A stretch of DNA of 56,395 bases, counting the filler, from Platydemus manokwari (Eukaryota): assembly GCA_037951405.1 (NCBI GenBank). It is 5 parts of 5 records of this genome, joined end to end, with 100 filler letters (N's around TTAATTAATTAA, not from the genome) between each part and the next. Parts side by side here need not be neighbours in the genome. Positions count along the whole stretch, not along the records: positions 24,873 to 34,051 come from JBBMOY011287206.1; positions 34,152 to 45,171 come from JBBMOY010882199.1; 3 more parts are not named here. The stretch is one strand, 5' to 3'. The notes under the pieces were generated by a model. The model was not told where the DNA came from and made no database searches. It worked only from the letters and a program-made list of their open reading frames with translations. Positions 26,111 to 39,565 of this stretch are shown one piece after another (position 1 is the stretch's first letter; the number at the start of each line of letters is the position of its first letter). Made by a program: the position numbers and the translations under genes.

Positions 26111-29100
26111 TTTGCGTTTATGTTGGAAATTGTGTTAGACTGTTTTGGAGGTAAAGTTGTATTGTTGTGATTAATAAATCATTTACAAGTATTTTGTTAA
26201 TCATGTTCAACACTATTATATTGGGGTCTATGCTACACAAATGCGACTGATATATTTGCTTGTAGGTAAAAAGTAGATTAATCAATAATATTAAAAATAT
26301 TGATTGATTGTTGAAATTTAATGTATCCCAACGTTTAGCACATTGAAATGACAAATTCCAGGAGTCCTGGTAATGCACACACAGCATTTACGTGCACTAA
26401 AATAAACAACCAGGTCTAAACAAAAAAAAACCAGAAGAAGTACACATTAACAATTGAATATAATTATTATGTTACCATGGAGTTGTCTATTTGCTTACAT
26501 CTACCAAAGGAATCCTTTGAAAGCATCCCACAAAACACAATTCACAAATTCTTTCCTCCATTTTGGGCCATAGTAGATAAAATTGATTCAGAAACGAGCA
26601 TTAAAATAACAACATTATATTCGATAAAAAATCTTAATCATAAACTAATTCAGCATTGCATTAAATAGATCTTGCGATCGATAACACAAGTAAAACCACA
26701 TTAGGATTCTCAATTTTTTTTATTTTCTATCAACTTCGATCTCTTCAGTTAAGTACGATGGAATTTGTCTGAGTAATATTAAAAATTTCGAAAACAGAAA
26801 TAAGTAACTCAATGATAAACGAAATAAATTATAAATAGTTCTCTGATGATACGATTAGGAAATATTATTGATTTTAACAATGAGATGATATTGACCATGT
26901 TAGACTGTATGCATTATTTCGCCATTACATCAACAATGTATTCTCTAAGCTTCAATTAACTTCTATTTAAAAAAAAATAAAAAAATTTAAATTTAAAATG
27001 AAAGTCAGGAAAGGGGAGCATTGCCTCTTTCAATATAATTTTTTTTTGATGACGGCAAATTGTCACGTTTTAATTAAATATTCTGAAGTTTAAATTCAAT
27101 GAAAAAGTTTTTTATTTAAACATCCCTATCAACTTTTGTTGAGATTCTCAAGTGAAGTGCTATTTTATTGATAAAATAGTCATATGATTACAGAATAATG
27201 AAATCTTATAAATTTAAGGAAGAGATAATTTAATGTTAATAAATCCTGCACCTTTCTGTTTCATATATCTTCCTTTGTTCTCATATCCTTCAATCTATCT
27301 TATGCTCTCAATAATAGTAGTATCTGTCTAAATACTTAATCATATACGGATAAAAACTAATTTATATAAATTCCAATATTTTTTCGGTGCCGAGAAAAAT
27401 TGATATGGAAATATATAATTCTACTAAGTGAGATGCAATTGAGATTGTGAGATTGAAATGTTCCAAAGACATGACTGGTAGATGATAGAAGAACATTAAA
27501 AATTTTATGAAAGAGGTACTGTCTATAGATTTTTTAATCTTACCGGAAAATAATACAAGTGGGAATTTTTGACAAAATTACTCCTAAACTTACCCACACT
27601 TATTAAATATACTGTTGGAATTAGCTACATTAAATTGGTCTCGTACCTGTAGATTTTTAAGTAATATAACTTTATTGACTTGTAATTAACATGATTATCG
27701 ATTGATCAAAGCGTTTTCAAGTACATACCAGTTACTAAGTAGTGATAGGCTTTAATTTATTAGTCTTATGAATTAGAATGGATTGTACTGGATTAAATTG
27801 TGTCTTCATGTATCTTCATTGACTACTATTTTATGGTTTTTTTCTTGGGTAACAAATTCGTAACAAATACCTGCTATGAACGTTTCAAGACTTTGCTTCA
27901 CAAATCTAAATCGTGGATTTTATTAGAGTCGATTATCGGTAAATTCTCATATAGGTTTCGATTTTAAGTAAAGCTAATTCTGGAGGAAGATATTTTGCAG
28001 TACTATTGCTAAACTTTTATTGTCCAAAATTTTATTCTTCATTATTGCATTCTTTATTTTTATTTAAAAAACTTTAAAAATTTTTTAATTTTTTTCACAC
28101 ATCTTGTTATTTAATTCTCAATTTTTTCTACATTTTTATATAAAATTCTATAAATATCATATTTATTTCTTTTCATATGGCCTGCCTTCTCTGTATTTTC
28201 TATAATTTTCTGGAATTGTTCTTCTCAGAAATTCGTATCGAAAGATATGGACACAATACTAGCAACATTCCAATACCAATTGGAAATGAATCCCAGAAAT
28301 TCAACCTCCGAAAGTATATTTAATCAAAATCTATGACATTGCTATCTTATAAAGCACGAATCGATGAAGTTATATTTGAGGAAATTATGTTAGCTCATTT
28401 ACACAAATAAATATTTTTCTTAATAAAAAATTTGAATTAAATTTTCAAAATTTTAGTTCATTTTAAAATCCCCGCACCAAATATCCAATCAAATTAATTT
28501 AAAGTATTTTCAATCATTTATTTTATTTAAAATGATAACAAATTATTTACAGAAATTTTGAAATCGTTACTAGTACCTCTGGCGGGAAGCTTTAAATGGA
28601 ATAAATTTAATGACTTGTGCTATGTCGCGGTATCATATTTGTGAATAATAAAGACCGAAGTGCTGAATTGAAAAACCGTGATGAAAATGAGATGCTTCGT
28701 AAATGATTATCTCCATAAATAATTGATTCGAATTAAAGCTTTCATTTCATAATCAAGGTTAGGTAATCGATAATCTTAAACAATAATCCGGAGCTCATTT
28801 TCTGCTTAATGTGACCCTCTCCATGAATAAAACATGCACAATGATTACCTTTGACTATCTTTTTATTAGCTTTTAATTTTTTTAAATTTCTGTTAAAAAG
28901 TTTTTTAAAATTTATTTTTTTTATTTAACTTTTGTGAAATTTCCAATTTAAATCAATAATAAATCAAATTTACACCTCCCACAATCCAACGATTTTTCTA
29001 AATCAGAAATTTATCTCTAAAATAATTTTACGACATAAGGAGCAACTGAATAAATGTTGGATATTGTTTTCAAACAGCTGTTCTCAGTTGGCATGAATCT

Positions 29101-29929
29101 TTGTGTGATATTGAGAATTTATTTTACCATAACATAATGGATTGAAATTCTAGCTTCTGAGATATTGATGACTGTCTCACATAAAATAATTATAATAAAA
29201 TGTTAAAATTGTAAAAAAAAAAAGAAATTCTACACGCCATTAAAACTTTACTTCAATGTTAAAATAAATTAAATGAGAAATGAGAAATAGGAACAAAGAT
29301 TACTTGTCTTGAAACAAGCTTGTTACCAGAAAAAACCAAAGATCGAAAGTACTTTAATAATAAAAACCATTTGAAAATAAATTCAAACTTATCTCTTGAT
29401 AGTTTCTGGTTTAAAAGTACATAAGGTTTAACCCGAAAATTGATTATCGTCTTTGACATAATAATAGATCAAAAATTTCATAAAGAAAATTTTATAAATC
29501 TGGATCACGCAATGAATATAAACAATATATCAATGTAAATACTGAAGGTAAGTAACAGACATTGGATTGATATCAAGTGAATGGTGACATTTCCTAAAGG
29601 ATTTTCCTTGGAAACTAATGAGGTAGTGTATAGTACAACTAGTGCAGTTGTGTTTGCAAAGTAAAGTAATCGTTTTTGTCAAGGATTATTGTTATAGAAT
29701 CAGAAAGGAATTCTGTACTGATATTTCCGCAGAAGTGACGGGATTTAGTGCTCACTTATGTCTTTTTCTTATCTGATGTCTTTTTCAGATAATAAATTAG
29801 AGCCTGTCACGTTTGGTATCGAATTAATGTTCACAAAAGCTGAAATAAATATATGTTATAAAAAACGTTACAAAAAGTTTAGTTACTGTGAAGATTGAAG
29901 ATTTCAGATTAAACCATAATTAACTCCAC

Positions 29930-30440
29930 AGATAAATAAATATGAAAGAAGGCATTTTAATGGATATCTTGGCCAAGGAAATTGTTAACAATACCTATTA
30001 CAGAGTCTTTATGAATAAAGGATGCACATTCTTAGAATCCAAGCTAAAGATAGATCTTCAAAAAATCAATAACTGAAAATATACCATCGCCTTAATAGAT
30101 GTCGTCCTCATGGACAAACCTACTCTAAGATCCAAAACGGCTCAAAGATTTTATAAAATACTCAAACCTCCCAAAGACTATCAAAAAAGCAGCTCGACTA
30201 GAATGTGGAACAGTTCATTCTTGGTGGGATTCTCGGAGTGGACCAACGACACAGTTCAAAAGAAACAAGGTACGGATAAGAAAATGATCAACGAAATAGC
30301 TCTTGGTTACATAAAGCCGAATATTAATTCGACCTACCTACAGTGAAAGTTTCAAACTTTAAGGAAAACAGCAATAAAAGCAGCTGTAAAAATAGTGAAA
30401 AGGATATCTTGGAAGGAGGAAACGGAATTGATTGCATGAA
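29930..30440 (+). mobile_element. Probable decayed 3' region of a LINE ORF2
   Basis: About 165 codons in one frame with only two internal stops (…SKTAQRFYKILKPPK…MWNSSFL…INEIALGY…). Composition resembles L1/Tx1 C-termini, but there is no diagnostic catalytic motif. Confidence 0.4.
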
Positions 30441-30929
30441 TGAACTAGCGAATATTGATTGAACCATGTACATTACATATTTTAATGTATGGGTATCTCT
30501 CTATCAATTTTTATGAATAAGTATTTATGCGGTATCACATAGGTTCTTGAAAATGATATTTCAATTTCGATCATTGACAGATTTCAATTCATTGAAGAGA
30601 TATAATATATTGAAATAATTAAATCTTGTAGTATTTCTCTTCTCTTCATTATAAAAATACATTAATCATAAATATGCTCTTTCAAAAGGTCATATTTATT
30701 TTCAATAGATCGCAATTTGTTATCAATTTTTGTAATACCTCTTGACTCTATCTTCATGTTATACCTGCTGAATCACACATCATTGGGATACTCAAGGCCA
30801 TTTTTTAAAATTATCATTAATAAACTTTATGTAGGATATCTTTACCACAACTTTATCTTTAAAAAAATCTTGATAACGTATCATATAAATTTTTTATTTG
30901 GGTTCCTATATTTGACAATGAGATCCATT

Positions 30930-31650
30930 TTCAAAGTCAAAATTGAAACCGAAAATTATTTTCTCAGATGAAGCTTTTCTCACAATCACTTTTATTAAGC
31001 TAAAGAGAATGAATATCGTGTGTCACCTCTTCCGTTTAAATCACCTGGACTGACCGTTTGGATGGCTATGTCACACGATCTTGTTGTAACTTTCAGTGTC
31101 CGTCGTGAAACAATGAACAAAGAGCGATATGACACTGCTTTAAATCAAAAGTTGTTGTCCTTCATTGGAAATGACAATCGACATTGCTATCAACACGATG
31201 GTGCGTCGCCTCATTTCAGTATTCTAGTTCCATAATGGCTTTATAAACATTTTCTAAAGCGGTGGATTCATCGTCAAGAACCAAAGAAATTGCTACCAAG
31301 ATCTCCAGACCTCGTGAAATTGGATTTTTGAATATGAAGCTATATCAAAGATCGAGTTTATGCAATCCATAACAATTACACAAGGCTCAACGAACTTGAA
31401 GAAGCAATTTAACATCAAACAATAAGTCGTCCGTAAATGTTATTCAAGCTTCAGCAAACCATGCAATCTCGGTTTGGAGCAAGATGGTAAACATTTTGAA
31501 CAGTTGCTATGAAATTGTTTATTATTTACCGTTATGTGTTCTTACTGTAATTGTGTTTTATTATGTATTAAAGTAACTCAACAGATTTAGTTTGTTCTTA
31601 CCGTTGTTTTATTTTAGTTTAGAGACGGAGACTTATGAATCGCATGATAT
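30930..31650 (+). mobile_element. Degraded Tc1/mariner-superfamily transposase, DD41D (rosa/Visitor) type
   Basis: Motifs IFSDEA, LTVWMAM, YQHDGASPH, KRWIHR, PRSPDLVKLDF*I*SYIKDRVY. There are 41 residues between the second and third Asp (counted). Several stops and frameshifts. A TIR-like remnant ggagacttatgaatc lies at about 31627-31641. Confidence 0.85.
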
Positions 31651-32739
31651 GCATGACAGAAACAGAGAGAAATTTCTTATATCGGAGTCGAAATCACTGC
31701 ATTTCAAAAAGCTGGAGGCACTTTTCCAAAGTACGTCTGGGCTTTTGCTTGAGAAATGTGATTAAATAAAGAAACACGTGGTATTTGTTTAAATAATTGA
31801 TTGACGTATTAGTGTAGTTTTTCAAATAAATATTATGCCTGAATGTGTAAATGAAGTAACTGTTTGCTTCTTGTTGTTAATCATTTTGATTTATTCATTT
31901 CTCAATGAATTATATCTCTGGAACGGCAAATGGAAATCATAGAAAATAATCTTATTTCATATTCCTAAAGTAAAACCAAGAAATAAGACTATAAACGTAA
32001 ATGGAAATCATTGAAAACTATCGAATTTTTTTCTTAATGAAATCGGAAATTGGCCAATAATAAAAACCGATCCTAATTTGTGAGAATTATTCATTCTGGG
32101 AATAAAATATTCTCACGGGTGTCTACAATTGTATATGACGAGGCAGAAATCTATGGTAATGCATCGGAAAAATACAATTTAGTTCAGGAATAGAGACGGG
32201 AAAATTTATAATTTGTTGTAATTTCTTACTGGCACAATCTGTCCAATTAACTGTGACTTACCATTTCAATTTTGACAGAAATGTCTGTCGGAGAAACGCC
32301 CAAATAATATTGTGATAAATCCATTTTTATCAATAATCGATATTGAACAATAAAATATTCAACTTGATATTTTATAATGCACCCATTTACAAAATAGTAA
32401 AAAACACATCTGCAAAGCTATTCCAAGACAGATTTGTATTCCAATAAAATAATATTAGCGTCTCATATTTAATTACTACTTCATTTGTTATTAAATCTGT
32501 AATTTTGCATAATTGCTTCCGCAACCGTGGTTTACGAATCGATTTTTCAAGCTGAAAATCGAATAAAATAGAAGTAGAGACAAAAATAATCAAATTATCT
32601 CAATTAAAATTATTAGAATTAATTTGAAAACATATTTGATCGTTATTAAATAACATTTTAAAATAGGGTAGAGCAATTTATATTCGTTACTAATAGCAAC
32701 GGGAAGATATCGAGAATACGTTTTAATATATTTAGATCT

Positions 32740-33570
32740 GTTTATTTCAGTTCAATTTTATTTAACAATATCGCGATATCCTTAAGAAGTCAGAATATTC
32801 GGAACAGTTATTACGAGGGCGAGTAATATAAAATTGTATAGGCAGTTATCACAAATACGAGCATTTATTTGTTGTATCGCAAAAGTGTTTACGAAGCCGG
32901 AAGCAGATTATTGGTTGGTATTTTCAAGATTGTTCACGGACACGTTAAGAATACACTGAAACTCGGTTATTATCACTCGGCTAACATTTTCAAACCTTTT
33001 TGCAAGTGGCACAATTATTGTAAAATCTGCCGCTTGGGAATCTCCACTTTGACGCGATTAATTAGTATACAATTACCTTAATTATTGTGATTCTTTTCTA
33101 GAAATTGATGATATTCTGGGTAGTAAAATCCATAAACATTGTAAGAGTCAACGTAAATACTAAAAGTATTAAAAGGGATTTTTTCCAGTTCCCTGATAAA
33201 AAACCAAATAAAAATGTTGACAACAATAAACCATATATAGGAGTATCTAAGAAGTTCTGTAAAAACGTTGCTTATTTTTTGATATTATTAACGATGACGA
33301 GATCCCTACTCGACTATCTATGGGTGATAAAATCGATTGTTTAACCAGAAATTTGTTGTGGGATAATGATAATGGTTATTGTAAAACGACTAACGATCTC
33401 CCGGAATTAGAACCAATACATCTAAAAATATAAACAACTGCCAACTTGCAGCCATTTTGTGAGCTTCAATCAAGATTTTTCTGCAATCTTGAAGAAAATA
33501 TTAAAGCTCGAATAAAGGTCAAAGATTTATTAAATTATGGACTTGAATGGGCTTAAAACGTGGAACTGTA
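32740..33570 (+). pseudogene. Decayed coding-like sequence of unknown family
   Basis: Long protein-like runs interrupted by scattered stops (QYRDILKKSEYSEQLLRGRVI…FDIINDDEIPTRLSMGDKIDCLTRNLLWDNDNGYCK…LLNYGLEWA). Raised GC/CpG relative to the flanks. Confidence 0.35.
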
Positions 33571-33980
33571 ACAGATACATCGATTTTAAATTTAGTTTAT
33601 GTGTGATAATAATTTAAATATCTTAAATTTCTTACTTACATCTGCAAATTGAAGAAACATGTAGTTCAAAAATATGATTTTTCAAGATGGCTTGAAAGTA
33701 GAAGCAATAGTTTTTCTCCAAATGTAATCCGCGTATTAAAAGATGATCTTCCAAAATGAATTGAATTATTTTTCTTACAAATTTTTTAATCAAGCTACTA
33801 ATCAACCCTTTACTGTTGAACTTGGACCATGAAAGTCTAACGTATAGATTCCATCACTGTTAGGAAGAGAAAATGTCCCATATTCTTCATGTTAATTTGA
33901 TTGATATGATTCGAGCTACAAATTATAATAATACTTATTATAACTGTTTTTCAGGAACTGGATTAAAAATTGCAAATATA

Positions 33981-34051
33981 CCAGGTGTGTCGGTAATTCC
34001 TTTCCGGTTTTTGTAACAGATGTCACTGGCCATAAGAAAAATGGTTTGTTG
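33981..34051 (+). mobile_element. End of a mariner element (mauritiana subfamily, Mboumar-like ITR), truncated by assembly gap
   Basis: TA followed by CCAGGTGTGTCGGTAATTCCTTTCCGGTTTTT then ..CAGATGTCACTGGCCATAAG. The CCAGGTGT start matches Mos1-type ITRs, and the 32-mer matches my recollection of the ant Mboumar ITR. Sequence stops at the gap. Confidence 0.75.
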
Positions 34052-34151
34052 NNNNNNNNNNNNNNNNNNNNNNNNNNNNNNNNNNNNNNNNNNNNTTAAT
34101 TAATTAANNNNNNNNNNNNNNNNNNNNNNNNNNNNNNNNNNNNNNNNNNNN
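34052..34151. other. Assembly gap spacer
   Basis: Same construct. Confidence 0.97.
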
Positions 34152-35989
34152 CTGCAATGTTTCTACTTTAAAATTATGTTTATGAATTTTCTGAGCATAT
34201 GGAAGTGAAACGTAGGCTTATAACCCACTCAATCCAAAGTTAGCCATTAAGATGTCCGATCTAGTGAGTGAGTGATAATCTGCCAATGGACGAGTTATAA
34301 AATTCTGATTCCAAGTTGCTAAATATTTGATTCACAAAGAAATTAAAAAAAATATCAAAAACAAGTTTCCTAAAACATAATGTAATAATATTGGTGTCAA
34401 GTCGAGGCTTCAGAGAATAGGAGACAGATGACAATTTTCGTTATCTATGATATTTATAAAAATAAAATCAATCATTTTTAGGAAACAAGTTGGTAATGAA
34501 CGAATATAAATTAACTTAAGAGATAATTAATAGGTCACGAAACCTCGAGAATTTATAATATAAACTGAACCATCTCTAGACGGTTCACAAATTCCATTTG
34601 ATATTCTTCTCAGGATATCTCTTACAAACCAAACAATTTGAAAAATCAAAACAAACAAAATATATTTGAATGCAGATCATCAGAATCTAATCAATAAACA
34701 TTCCCAAATGGCAATTACAGATTTTTAAAATTAGATGGAGAATTCTATTAATTAGAGCCAATAAAATTTTAATTTTTAAAAGCACTGTTAAGTAATAAAT
34801 AATTATCTTAGCAATTTTGCCAACTCATGTCAGAGTTATATCCTCAATTCCAATATAACCAGATCCGAATAAAATCAATATTCAAGGATCTTCGAAATTA
34901 AAATATTCACGACTTTAATAATCTTTCTATATTTTGCCGTTATTCTTTGTATACGAACTAAGCATGAGAACTGACAAATATTATAGAAGTTCAACCCATA
35001 AAAGTATATTTATTCATAAATATTCAAACCAATTAATTAAAGGTGTTTTTAATTATTTATTTTATAGAAAAATGTTAAAATTTTCTTATAAAATATAAAC
35101 AGTTATCGTTATCCATATATCGATTTTATTTACTTTTCGAGAATCTGATTAAAAAATTCAATAAATTCAAATATAGAATACGGGAATAGAAATTAAAAAT
35201 CAATTTATTCTGTTCGAATTCTAGCACTTTGATAGACAATACAGCTTTGATTGTCATACAAAATTTCAAATTCCGGTACAGTGTTACTGCAACCGTCGAT
35301 AATCTGAATACATTGAGTGATCCGTCAGCTGTAAGAAGTTGAATCGTCAATTGATCGGTAAGTACGAAATATTGTTGCTTACTATGTATGACGATCTTTG
35401 ATTAAATTTTATCTTAAAAAGCGAGAAACGAATTATTTCAGTGCCCTTGGACTTGTTAAAAAAATGTCTGCCGAACAAAAATTTAAAATTTAAAATAATT
35501 TTATGCTTTATTTTTGGTTTCTACAAAGAACATATTTTTCATTCAAATATTTTCTTCAATAACTTTATTCATTAAAACACAAATGATATTGATTCAATAC
35601 CGTCGATAGAAAATATCCAACAAACATTGATTTAGCCGTGAAATTGTTGATTCGATATTTTGTTCGTTTGATGATTTGCCATGATATTAATCAGGATCCG
35701 TCATGCCTCAAATCGAGATTGATTTCATCCGTGATTAAAATTTGGCAGGATTTTATTTGGTTTTCTGAAAAATTAAAATATTTTTTTCATCATTAAATTT
35801 TGGTCATTATAAAATATGGTTTTAATTAGTTTTATTAATTTTAATTAGAATTAATTTAATGATGAAGAATAAATTTATAATTTACGTTTGACACAACCAA
35901 TATTAGGGTTGAATATACCCCCCTCAGTGTGTTGAGAAGTGGACTTGGAACAAACACTGCAATTGACAACCCATTCAAATAATTGTAAA

Positions 35990-36815
35990 TAATAAACAAA
36001 CGGAACTCAACAAATGAGATTGCTCATATTAAAAGTGGAAATTTTGAAAATTTTGGAAATATGAGCTTGACATGGAATAGCACTAATTATTTAATATGTT
36101 CCTCAATAGCTTCCATCAGTAATATAGAAATGACGATTTTTAAATTGAGTGAATTTCATGAGGAAATAAACAATTTTCTAAAATGTAAATCTCTTAAATG
36201 AGTTGAACGTAACCGTTAGTTAATTACAACACAAAAAATAATAGCAGAACCAGTTGACATCGATTCGCTTGATTTGTAATATGAAATACATTCTAATAGT
36301 AATATTAATGTTAATTTTTGTGCTACTCCAAAGTTTACCGGCTCTAATTACTTTATCTAACTCCTCATTATACAAAAGGTTCTGACTAAAAATAATCTTT
36401 AAATATTGGATAACAATATATTCAGTTTAACTGGTGTAGAGCCCAGAATTATCAATGAAATTTTACTGAACAAAGCCTCTGTCCCTTCTCTTCTGTTGAT
36501 CTACCAGAAGAGAAACTTCTTATGGTTATGCAAAATACTCTTGCTAACTAATACGGTTACTGGTATTAACAGACACCTGCAACCGCATGCTAAATAACAC
36601 ACCAATAAATGCTTAATTTCTGGCAAGAGAATATGTAAGGTTACTAAGCATTATCTTATTTTATATTTTTGTTAGGTTTCAATTTCAACATGACCTTGCC
36701 ACGGAAATCCAAACATCGTTTAATTTCATGAGAATAATTTTTGATGGTGAACATTTGAATATTAATTGTTCAAAGATCAATATTGATCAGACTCATTTAA
36801 ACGATTTTAAAGTGA
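35990..36815 (+). pseudogene. Decayed coding-like sequence with a candidate 41-bp intron (36635-36675)
   Basis: One frame from about 36001 to 36597 carries only a handful of stops, followed by a GTAAGG...TTTTGTTAG mini-intron and an open exon (FQFQHDLATEIQTSFNFMRIIFDGEHL...). Family not recognised. Confidence 0.3.
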
Positions 36816-39329
36816 ATGTTTATCGATATTTCATATTTATCATAATACTGACCATTATCAAAATTGGTTTAAACTCTACAGCTCTCTCATGTTTTATATG
36901 CCCAATTATTAATTGCTCATGGAGCTCAATATTCGTGTTTTGATTTTATGAGCTCATTTGAATAGCTTGAGGGCTTTAGTGATTGATAAGTGTTTCTATT
37001 TTATTTAAAATCAGTTTTTGAAATTAATTATATTTACATCATTGTAACTAGTGGTAAAAATTACCCGATTTTTATTATTAATATTTTGCATCGATGATTC
37101 AACATCAATAAAGTTTTATGAGCAAGAATTGAGATGTTTGAACCAAATTTTCTTGTAAATTTTATCTACCATCAATTGTGCTACTAGAAGTAATATCAAA
37201 ATAAAATAATAATTACTAAAAGTAAATTATAAAATAAAATAATTTAACAAGTAGAGGTTTAAATGAAATTTATTAATTTATCAAAATAGTAAATTAACTT
37301 GAAATTTTATTAATGTCAAGCTAATGCATGCAATGTGCTGCTTGTAAAATTGATGTATTAGAAAACAGTTAGCTGAATACTGTTAATTAAAGTAAATAAT
37401 TGTAACTTGTGAGAACATTGTTAGAAGTTTCAAATGACTTATTTTTAAATAAGGCAAGAATGTTTAATTATTTAAGAAATAAAGTATTCGCAATAGTTAA
37501 TTCGACTGCTGGTAATTATTATTTGTTATATAAGTAGAATATTCGTAAAATTATTAGCGAAAGAAGTAGATGGAACAGAACTAGATTTTAGGTCGGTATC
37601 TTGAATGTATGAACGGTTTCGTTCGGCAATATGTATTAATAGAATCTTTACTGAACTCTTAGTCTCCGCGTATCTAAATTTTGTAAAGTGCAATACCAAT
37701 TACATCTTAATGGAACAACTTATGATAAATGTGTGTTGTTGTGTTGTACATCAGGCAGAAGCAACAATTCCGTTTTTAAAGTTATACATAATATAACACC
37801 TTTTACAACGAAATTATCACACATAGTACAATCTTAATTTAATGACAGTCTTTATTTTTAATAAAAAGGATGTATTTGTCTGATATCGCAAACGTCTGTA
37901 CAGTCAGAACAGTGCAGTACTAGTTAGTGGTTTACTAACTCTAAGAAAAATACTGTTACAAATAATTTATAGTTTATGCAACTACACTTGTTGCAAAGCA
38001 GACTACTCTCACCTTCATACCTTTGATTTTTGTCCGATTGAACAGCAATTTAAAGACTTATCTCTACATTATAAATATTAAATTTCAAGTCACATCCCTT
38101 TAGTGTGCCTCAGCAAGTTCATGACTATAATTAAACACGATCTTTACTATTTATAAGTTTAAACTTCCTGTTTTGCGACATTTTTTTTATTGTGAAATAA
38201 TTATTTTTGACATTTAAATTATTAATTATTAATATTGCTCTTGTTAATTATGATAATAATTGTGGTAATGATATTTAATCTCTCTTATTATTTAGCATTT
38301 TTATATTTATTATTAATTAATTTTATATTTTATTTAATATTATTAGATTTATTTTCACTTACATTTTTATTTGTCTTCATTATCGTTTGTTTTACTTTTA
38401 TTTATACTATTCAATTACTATTTTAAGTTTTGTTCTTCGGTGTATCAAATTTACGAAATGAAATTTCAGTTTTTTATCCGTCAGTAAATGGATATTAAAA
38501 AAATCATCGAAAAAGCGTTTGAAATATCTCGATTTTTTCTTGGAATTCTTTTGAAATTCAAGATGGATCAAAAAATTAAAACAATGCAGAAATATTTCGA
38601 ATATTTCGCTTTAATAATGTGTGATTTCTTTAAATTTTATTTTGTAGCATTGATATTAACTTAGTTTTACTTTAATACAAATTATCGAAGTTAATTTAAC
38701 AAAAAATTTTATAAATTATAAAAAATGACTTCTTTTCTCCACTATAATAGATGATTTTAATTTTCTTATTGTCTGGAAGTCCTCCTCAAATCTGGATTGT
38801 TATTATTAGATCAACGTATTCAATGAAAATAATAATTATTAACAATAATTATAATGGCTTATAAAATGGCTCTAATAAATAGTATTTTCGAATGAAGTGA
38901 ATGCATGATATATTAGAACCTTTTAATGTTTACTAATAAATTTTAGAAATAATTTCAAAATATAAATGCTAATTTGATATATCGATATTAAAGGGTAAGT
39001 GATGATCACTAAGCACGATGAGGCACAAAATATATAATATTATTTCAACTAGTTTTTCCATTAAATATTTCTGTCAGATCAATGCCTTGTGAAATTGTTG
39101 AGGTCCAATCTATATCCCGCTGAACCGTACTAATCAGCATGTACACACAAGACTCTAAAATTCAACTAGTTAGATAAAAAAAGAGATTCTTTTTAATATT
39201 AAAAAGGAAATGCTTGCGATTTTGAAATAGAATAAAATATTGATGGAAACGACTTAAGTTTTTACTCAACTAAAACTCAATAAATCAATATAAAACAACT
39301 ACGACATAAAACTCGCTTTTAAACTAGTA

Positions 39330-39565
39330 GTTGGACATCTTTACATCAGTATTTATACCTGGGATTTGTGTGCAACATTATGATTTGATTTTTTATTTCT
39401 CTAATTCCAATTGGATTAATTGATTTTGTGTGATCGGGATTGGTCAATTTCTATATGTGTGTTACTGGATTATTGTGCCCATTTTTCGAATTAGAATTTT
39501 CCAACCAAGTATTCCGTGATTGGTTGGTTTCTATGTCTGTATGGTTGTGTAGCCATGCAAATGTT
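39330..39565 (-). mobile_element. Possible LINE AP-endonuclease remnant
   Basis: HLHGYTTIQT*KPTNHGILGWKILIRK resembles the GY...GG..ILIR segment of APE domains. Short and degenerate. Confidence 0.25.

Noticed and set aside
27540-27960. Candidate upstream exons of the pseudokinase (e.g. 27646-27594 VRDQFNVANSNSIFNKCG; RNLYENLPII fragment)
   Set aside because: Splice-like signals exist but there is no convincing ankyrin or kinase N-lobe similarity, and a gap intervenes.
38235-38426. Hydrophobic 63-aa ORF resembling a membrane peptide
   Set aside because: Low-complexity T-rich DNA yields F/L/I runs by chance.
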